DNA from: Psammoneis japonica
Lineage: Eukaryota
Direction of reading: 5' to 3'
DNA length: 64,000 nucleotides
Assembly: GCA_008632985.1 (NCBI GenBank)
Contig: QPGO01000173.1
Coordinates: forward strand, 62,001 to 126,000
Position 1 is the stretch's first letter. Each line of letters opens with the position of its first letter. The notes below the pieces were generated by a model. That model was not told the DNA's origin. It did no database searches and saw only the letters and a program-made list of their open reading frames with translations. Below, piece after piece: positions 57,971-64,000 of this stretch. The translations under genes and the position numbers were made by a program.

Positions 57971-58290
57971 GGTGAATAGGCAAGTTCAAAGTGGCGAATC
58001 TGAAATCTGAAATCCTTTCCAGATCTTACGCGGGGGGGCAGTACTTTTTCTACGTAGAAACGGATGATGGACGGGCGGACAAAGGCTGACTCACTTTTCT
58101 TTTTCGTCTCACCTTTTTTATGCTTTTTTGCACCGACGGCGTTGTCGACAGGCACATTACTTGGAAACTACTTCTAGAAGTCGGCAAGTAGACAACGGTA
58201 AAGGGTAAAGAGGACTCGTCACCATCTCTACAGTAGATTGGGCACAGAGGTGTTAAAATGAGCGTGAGATTATTACCAAACGCAAAGATA

Positions 58291-58800
58291 ATGGCAGCGT
58301 TGATTGTTCTCGCGACGACCTCCCTTTCTTCAGCAGCACAAGCCTCATTCATTGCGTCGACACCATCAACACGGCAAAAGTTGAACCAAACACCATTTGC
58401 ATCAGGGAGACAGCCCTCTTACTTGTTGGATATTTCATCACGAGGCCATTCTACTGCGACAATTTCACAACGACAAAAGCAACAATCGCATGCCTTGCAT
58501 GCTGGTATGAATCAAGACGCCGTTACGAACACCGCAATCTTTATTGCCGGAATCATTCCCTTTGCATGGGCAACGTTTGAATTTTGGAATCGCATTGCCG
58601 TGGGTGAACCTTTTGGTACGGGCAAGGATTCCGTCTACATTGGAAAGGACAATGCTCCAGATCAAAGTCGGGGTCGACGCGTGTTGGACAAGGGCGCCTT
58701 TGTGGTGGCGTATATTTTGTTTGCAATTGCTGCGGGAGTGATTGGCGTGTCGCTCTTTTCTGTAATGTCTTCGGATTTGCCACAAATGAAATCATCGTAA
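58291..58800 (+). CDS. Hypothetical two-TM protein with bipartite plastid-type presequence
   Basis: Signal peptide ending AQA-SF, transit peptide, then GIIPFAWATFEFWNRIAVGEPFGTGKDSV...SRGRRVL.KGA. Confidence 0.75.
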   Translation: MAALIVLATTSLSSAAQASFIASTPSTRQKLNQTPFASGRQPSYLLDISSRGHSTATISQRQKQQSHALHAGMNQDAVTNTAIFIAGIIPFAWATFEFWNRIAVGEPFGTGKDSVYIGKDNAPDQSRGRRVLDKGAFVVAYILFAIAAGVIGVSLFSVMSSDLPQMKSS

Positions 58801-59223
58801 TGTCAGCGGGCTTGGGAGACTGTGACTGCTTCTGTCTCGAGAAAGCAGCTGAGCTACAAGCAGCTCTGGAACTTATTACCAGACACGCTGATATTCCTAA
58901 AAGCAGGTTCGTCAAAAAAAAAAAGGACACTCTAGTAGACTGTAATGAGCTGATCCTTCCCTCTGCTGCTTACCTAAACTGTAGTTATCATACTGTGCAG
59001 CAGTACGAATGATGTTTGAAAAGGAACATTCGCCCGCTCACGTTTGAGACTCAATCCGCGACCACGACTGAACTCCGCTCACTTTTTGAGAGAACGAGAG
59101 CGAAGACATCATCATCGTCCGAACCCCGGTGTCACGAGAGGCGTCAAACATCAACATTGTGGCTTTGCTGAATCCCTTCTCGCATCATACGACTTCAAAA
59201 TAGCACTTATTTCTCTCGTCACC

Positions 59224-59712
59224 ATGTGGAGCTTCAACCCAGCCGTCTACCTCCGCCACGCGTGGGAGTCGACCAAAACAGTTTGGGGACGCATCAGTCT
59301 AGTCCTATTCTACACGTTCATTTGGGTGAACATCGTTACTTCGATTTGGTCCGTGATTGTGCCAGAGTCTCAGGGAATGAACTGTCTCTTTGACAATGCG
59401 TCCAGCAAGGACGTCGCCCTGATTGCGTGCTTGTATCGTGGCGTGAATTTCTTTGTCGTCGGCTTTCTTTTTTACGCGGACAAGGGCGGACTTCATTCTT
59501 GGAACGTTGGGATCGTGGCAGCGTTTTGTGTGGTGTGGATGTGGATTTGGAAGAGAGGTCTTTCGGAAAACGTTCCTCCGTGTGCTGCGATATGGGACGG
59601 CGCAGCGTGGATTTGGCCGGTTTGGATCATTCTCGCACTTGTAGGTATTTTACTCGACGAGAAACTTGGAGACGAGGGCACCGAGGAAGAACGCGAGAGT
59701 CTCAACGTTTAA
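59224..59712 (+). CDS. Four-TM hypothetical membrane protein, tandem paralog 1
   Basis: High identity to 61353-61844 with an intact frame in both copies. Confidence 0.85.
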   Translation: MWSFNPAVYLRHAWESTKTVWGRISLVLFYTFIWVNIVTSIWSVIVPESQGMNCLFDNASSKDVALIACLYRGVNFFVVGFLFYADKGGLHSWNVGIVAAFCVVWMWIWKRGLSENVPPCAAIWDGAAWIWPVWIILALVGILLDEKLGDEGTEEERESLNV

Positions 59713-61352
59713 TGCCGGAAGAACCCATGGCTGTCGCATTTCAATTATTTGAGTTTATCCGGGTTGCATGACATGTTTTACGTTTTATTTGAAAAGCTTG
59801 CATGTTTTGCATTTGCCAAGTCGTCGGGTCTCGGCCTTTTAAGCTTTTTCCAGGTCAACAAAGGCTCTCCCGACTGCATAACCACCTTTCGAATTTCTTT
59901 ATCACGACCCCTTTCATAGCCTACCTTTTATCACAAGCAAGAAGGACAAGATGCCCGCGTCTGCTATGATCAACCGACCACTCGAATCCTTCTTTAGATT
60001 ATTACCTTTAACGTTAGATTCCGGGTCAAAGATTATTCTCGTACTTCAAACCAATTTTGTACGACTAGTTGGCACAATGCACAAAGCCCTTTCATGGCCT
60101 ACAATACTACATCATTGGGTTACAATGTGCAAATCCTTCTTTCGATTACATATAAAATGAGTTTCCACATCACGTTGAGCCAAAGCTGTTTTGTCATCAG
60201 CTTCCTGAGCTGCGGTGGGTCGAATGACATGTAAAGACTAGTAAGAGTGAGTTACCCAGGATGAGAACGAGCTTTCGAGGGCAAAGATCAGTCGGCGAAT
60301 GACAAATTGAAAGTCAAAGAGCTGGAAAAGGAAAGTAAGAAGGGATGGAAAGCCGACCAAGGCCAAGGACCAAGGCCCTACTGTAAGTACTGTTTTCACA
60401 TCACGACACTAAACTAACATTTCTCTTCACTATTATTTTTCAACCTACATGCGCAAAGACAAATCTTTCAATATCTTGGAACGCCTAGATCGCCACTTTT
60501 GCGCATTGAAAATTCCACCTACAATGGCGTTCGCACTGCCGACTTTCGGACTTTCACTTTCGAAGGCACCCACCCAACATGTCTGCGAGCGCCAACTTGG
60601 GGTTCTCATTCTGTGCTCGTTAAGAGACTGACAACGGCTTGGAAAAAAATTACTGCACCGAAAACAATCTCGAGTTTTCATTGCAATGATTGGTCGCGAT
60701 CCACTTCCCCATGGAGAAAAATGCCTTCCACTGCGAACTCGTGCAAGGTGGCGAAGAGAGCATCGTTTTGTGTGTTCCAAGAGAAATCGTTCCACGTTAT
60801 CACAGGACGGTTGCCTGTTCAACCATGCGGCAGCTTTACAGGGAGTAAGGCCATCATCTTGGCCATGAAACAATTGCACATTCTGAAAAACCTGGCTGGG
60901 TTCCATGCCGACACCGTTGGGCGTCGAGATGCCCCCAGAGATCCAGCTGCAGAGCAAACAAGAACGACAATTACCATTGCCAGTACCAGCAGTGGGCTTC
61001 TAACCGGTACGTGCACTCTAGCTAGCGAGAGTAGAAGCAAATAGCCTACTTCCACTCTCAGAGACTCTAGTAGAGAGAGAGAAGAGCAGTAGAGTGGGGC
61101 TGTTTTCATCAAAGGACAAGCGCATGTCACGACTGAACTCTATCCACGACCAAAACCACGACCCAACTCCCACCTCTCACTTTTTCAGAGAGCGTCAACC
61201 CAAAATTCGATCCGAACCCGACACCGCCATCCGAACCCCTGTGTCACGAAGCGTCAAGAACAAAGACTTCACAAAAGAATAGAGCTTAGCCATAGCTTGA
61301 GAGTACACTGAATCGCTTCTTGCATCATCACTTAAGATTCTGAACGCCATCC

Positions 61353-61844
61353 ATGTGGAGCTTCAACCCAGCCGTCTACCTCCGCCACGCTTGGGAGTCG
61401 ACCAAAACCATTTGGGGACGCATCAGTCTAGTCCTATTCTACACGTTCATTTGGGTGAATATCGTTGCATCCATTTGGTCCATCATTGTCCCGGAATCTC
61501 AGGGAATGAACTGTCTCTTTGACAATGCGTCCAGCAGGGATCTCGCCACGATTGCTTGCCTGATGCGTGGATTGAATCTCTTTGTCGTTGGCTTTTTCTT
61601 TTACGCAGACAAGAGTGGATTGCATTCCTGGAATGTTGGAATTGTGGCGGGGTTTTGTTTGGTGTGGTTTTGGATGTGGAAAAGCTTCTTTGCCTCGGCA
61701 GACCTTCCTTCGTGTGGAGTCGTTTGGGACAGTGCAGCGTGGATTTGGCCACTTTGGATCGTTCTCGCATTTGTGGGTATCTTGTTGGAAGAGAAACTAG
61801 GCGACGATGGCACTGTTGAGGAACGTCAGAGTCTCAACGTGTAG
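61353..61844 (+). CDS. Four-TM hypothetical membrane protein, tandem paralog 2
   Basis: MWSFNPAVYLRHAWESTKT...EERQSLNV; many synonymous differences vs paralog 1. Confidence 0.85.
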   Translation: MWSFNPAVYLRHAWESTKTIWGRISLVLFYTFIWVNIVASIWSIIVPESQGMNCLFDNASSRDLATIACLMRGLNLFVVGFFFYADKSGLHSWNVGIVAGFCLVWFWMWKSFFASADLPSCGVVWDSAAWIWPLWIVLAFVGILLEEKLGDDGTVEERQSLNV

Positions 61845-62328
61845 GTTGGAAAAAGCCATGCGTGTTTCGTATTTCCATTGGAAACAACGTATCGTTGAGG
61901 CTTTAGGTCGAATTGCATATTGACTGCGCTTCTTTGTAAAACATACATGCCGTGCTACGCTGTTAGGATGTTAGAAAAACCACCAGGTCTCGGTCATTTG
62001 ATATTTCTGGTCGATAGATATAAGTACTGTAAGCCTAGAGTACATGTTTTGCATTTGCAAGGTTGCGGTTCTCGTGAGATTTCTTGGTGTAGAGATTTTG
62101 AGAACCTCTATAGCAAACCACAAGCAAACGAAAAAAAAAAAAAGAATCTCGTCATTAACAATGATCAACCAACCGCAGAAACATTTCTTTAGATTATACA
62201 TATAATATCGTTAGATCTCAAGTAAGTACATCATGCAACAAACCCGTTCACCTCCTACCAGTATTGGCCGATCATTTGCAAAATCCAATTTAGATTACAT
62301 GCAACATTAGATCAGACAGACACACACT

Positions 62329-63525
62329 TCAAGCCGCACACGTCTTTTCCTCGTCATCGTCTTGCACTAGATCCTGTACACCTTCAAAGTATTCCCACAA
62401 ACCACCCAGTGGCCCGTGTGGACGATGGCGTTTGTGGGAAAGACGAAAGTACACCATGTAACGAATGTGAGGAGACGCATTGTGAGCCACACGATGAGGA
62501 ATTTTTTGATGTGCCAACATGACATCTCCTGGCTCCAAGAGCACTTGTTGCGAATCGTTTTTTCCATCCAATACGGGCCTGCACTTGAACCACGATGGAC
62601 CCATGTCATCGTTCTTGTCTTGGTCCTCGCGAGCTTGTCGTGCCTTCTTCACCGCCTCATGGAGTTCACGATGAAATCCGGGAAAGACAACAAGATTGCC
62701 ACAATCTTCGGTTGGTTGACTTGACAGAGCAACTCCGACAAGAATTTGAAACGGAGTCATGTGAATGGTATCCGTTCCGTCAATGTGCCACGCCTTGTCG
62801 TCGGGATTCCGATTCTTGGGAAACCGAAGTGCCACTTGACAAGTTTCACAACGCTTGGGTGGTTTGCCGAGCAATTGTGTGGCCACGTGTAAAATGGGAG
62901 ATTGGTGTAATAGATTTAAAACATCTGGACTTTTACGCGATGTAGCAATCAAACCCGTTTCCGCATCATAATGACCATCGTCATTCGTTCCCAACCACGC
63001 CATGCCGAGAGCTTGATTAATCGTGGCAAGCGCGCTGTCCACGAGATGGTCTTGGACTAAACCCGGCAAATGCAAGACACCCGTATCGACAAAAGTTTGG
63101 CGTTCCTTGTCTGTCAAGGTGTGCGTGGGTGGAGGAGACGAAGACGACTCGACACTCATTTCTTCTTCTTCTTGACAGGTTTCCGAAATGGGTTGAATCG
63201 ACAGTGGCTGTGGAGATTCGACTGGAACAAAGACTCCATGACTCACTCCCAAATACACGGAATCGCCTTTTTCCTTGTGTCCCACATTTTGCAACGCCAC
63301 CATATCATTGTCTTGCAGTGGATCTACAATCCATCGCGACCATGCACCACGTCCACTTGCGTGTTTAATGTTGCGTTGTGGACCACACTTGAGATTGCCA
63401 TCCGTTTCGGCATTGTAAAGCAAAATGCTGTCACCACTTTTGGTGGCATTATCGACCGTGTACGCAAAATGATGGACACCACCAAGATAAATCTCCGAGT
63501 CTGTGGTGAGCAGGTCCGTTGTCAT
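62329..63525 (-). CDS. PhyH-like 2OG-Fe(II) dioxygenase with a beta-rich N-terminal domain
   Basis: FVDTGVL.LPGLV, QVALRFP, WHIDG, GNLVVFPGFH, GDVMLAHQKIPH..AHN, RYMVYFRL. Confidence 0.85.
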   Translation of the reverse strand: MTTDLLTTDSEIYLGGVHHFAYTVDNATKSGDSILLYNAETDGNLKCGPQRNIKHASGRGAWSRWIVDPLQDNDMVALQNVGHKEKGDSVYLGVSHGVFVPVESPQPLSIQPISETCQEEEEMSVESSSSPPPTHTLTDKERQTFVDTGVLHLPGLVQDHLVDSALATINQALGMAWLGTNDDGHYDAETGLIATSRKSPDVLNLLHQSPILHVATQLLGKPPKRCETCQVALRFPKNRNPDDKAWHIDGTDTIHMTPFQILVGVALSSQPTEDCGNLVVFPGFHRELHEAVKKARQAREDQDKNDDMGPSWFKCRPVLDGKNDSQQVLLEPGDVMLAHQKIPHRVAHNASPHIRYMVYFRLSHKRHRPHGPLGGLWEYFEGVQDLVQDDDEEKTCAA

Positions 63526-63899
63526 GGTGTTGACAATGTCACGAGAAAAATGGCAGCATCGTTCCGATGTTTGAAAAAAGTCACAATGTCGCGTGGGGTC
63601 ACGAGAAAATGTGAGGGCATAAAAAATAAAACCAAGATCCAACGGATGCATTTTGGAGAATTATATTCGTTAAATATGTACGAACATAAAATATGTTCTG
63701 ACGTCGTCCGTTCGTCCTCCACCCGTATCGGCGTTTGGTACGACACAAATCCACGTAGAACCTAACAGAGTCACGTTCCGTATGGTGCCTGTAGAAATGT
63801 ACAGGAGCAATCCAATCGGCCGCACAATCCTTTTTTCCATACCGGTAAGTTCAACGCATTGTTTTTTGTTTCACACAACCAAACAAAACACCATTCACC

Positions 63900-63948
63900 A
63901 TGTCGACCTTTCTCTTTACTTCCGAATCTGTCAATGAGGGACACCCTG
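63900..63948 (+). CDS. MAT: S-adenosylmethionine synthetase, exon 1 (gene continues beyond the window)
   Basis: MSTFLFTSESVNEGHP followed by a GTATGT donor; not in the ORF track. Confidence 0.92.
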
Positions 63949-64000
63949 GTATGTTCACTCTTTTGTGTGTGTATTGAAAAGGATTGTGGTGGAGATTGTT

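Noticed and set aside
60445..61130. ORFs of 170-181 aa between the tandem membrane genes
   Set aside because: No recognisable motifs and conflicting frames; possibly a relic but unsupported.

Overview
Eukaryotic nuclear DNA, almost certainly a diatom. Evidence: short GT-AG introns, bipartite plastid presequences on DXS and other genes, and a diatom-type AdoMetDC-aminopropyltransferase-SET fusion. About 28 protein genes are supported, including two M43 metalloproteases, FG-GAP and DUF1996 secreted proteins, the polyamine fusion, a mitochondrial carrier, DXS, GGCT, a bacterial-type PGM1-like ATP-grasp ligase, an L-type lectin, an ABCC transporter, mS38/COX24, two PhyH-like dioxygenases, UMP-CMP kinase, a tesmin/CXC factor, ATP23, SURF1 and the first exon of SAM synthetase. 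Many conserved genes carry 1-nt frameshifts, most likely long-read consensus errors. The most striking signal is compositional. Two sharply bounded tracts (about 23.15-25.9 kb and 38.2-39.3 kb) have lost almost every TpA and, in their cores, most CpG, and are flooded with TpG/CpA. This looks like a region-targeted TpA->TpG/CpA hypermutation acting on decayed gene copies, opposite in direction to fungal RIP and not explained by 5mC deamination. Mirror-image CTAG/TAG-saturated islands sit upstream of several genes. Also present are a triple-nested set of TA-flanked TIR elements and a large MBD-like/split-HMG/2OG-Fe(II) dioxygenase gene that is a speculative candidate DNA- or chromatin-modifying enzyme.
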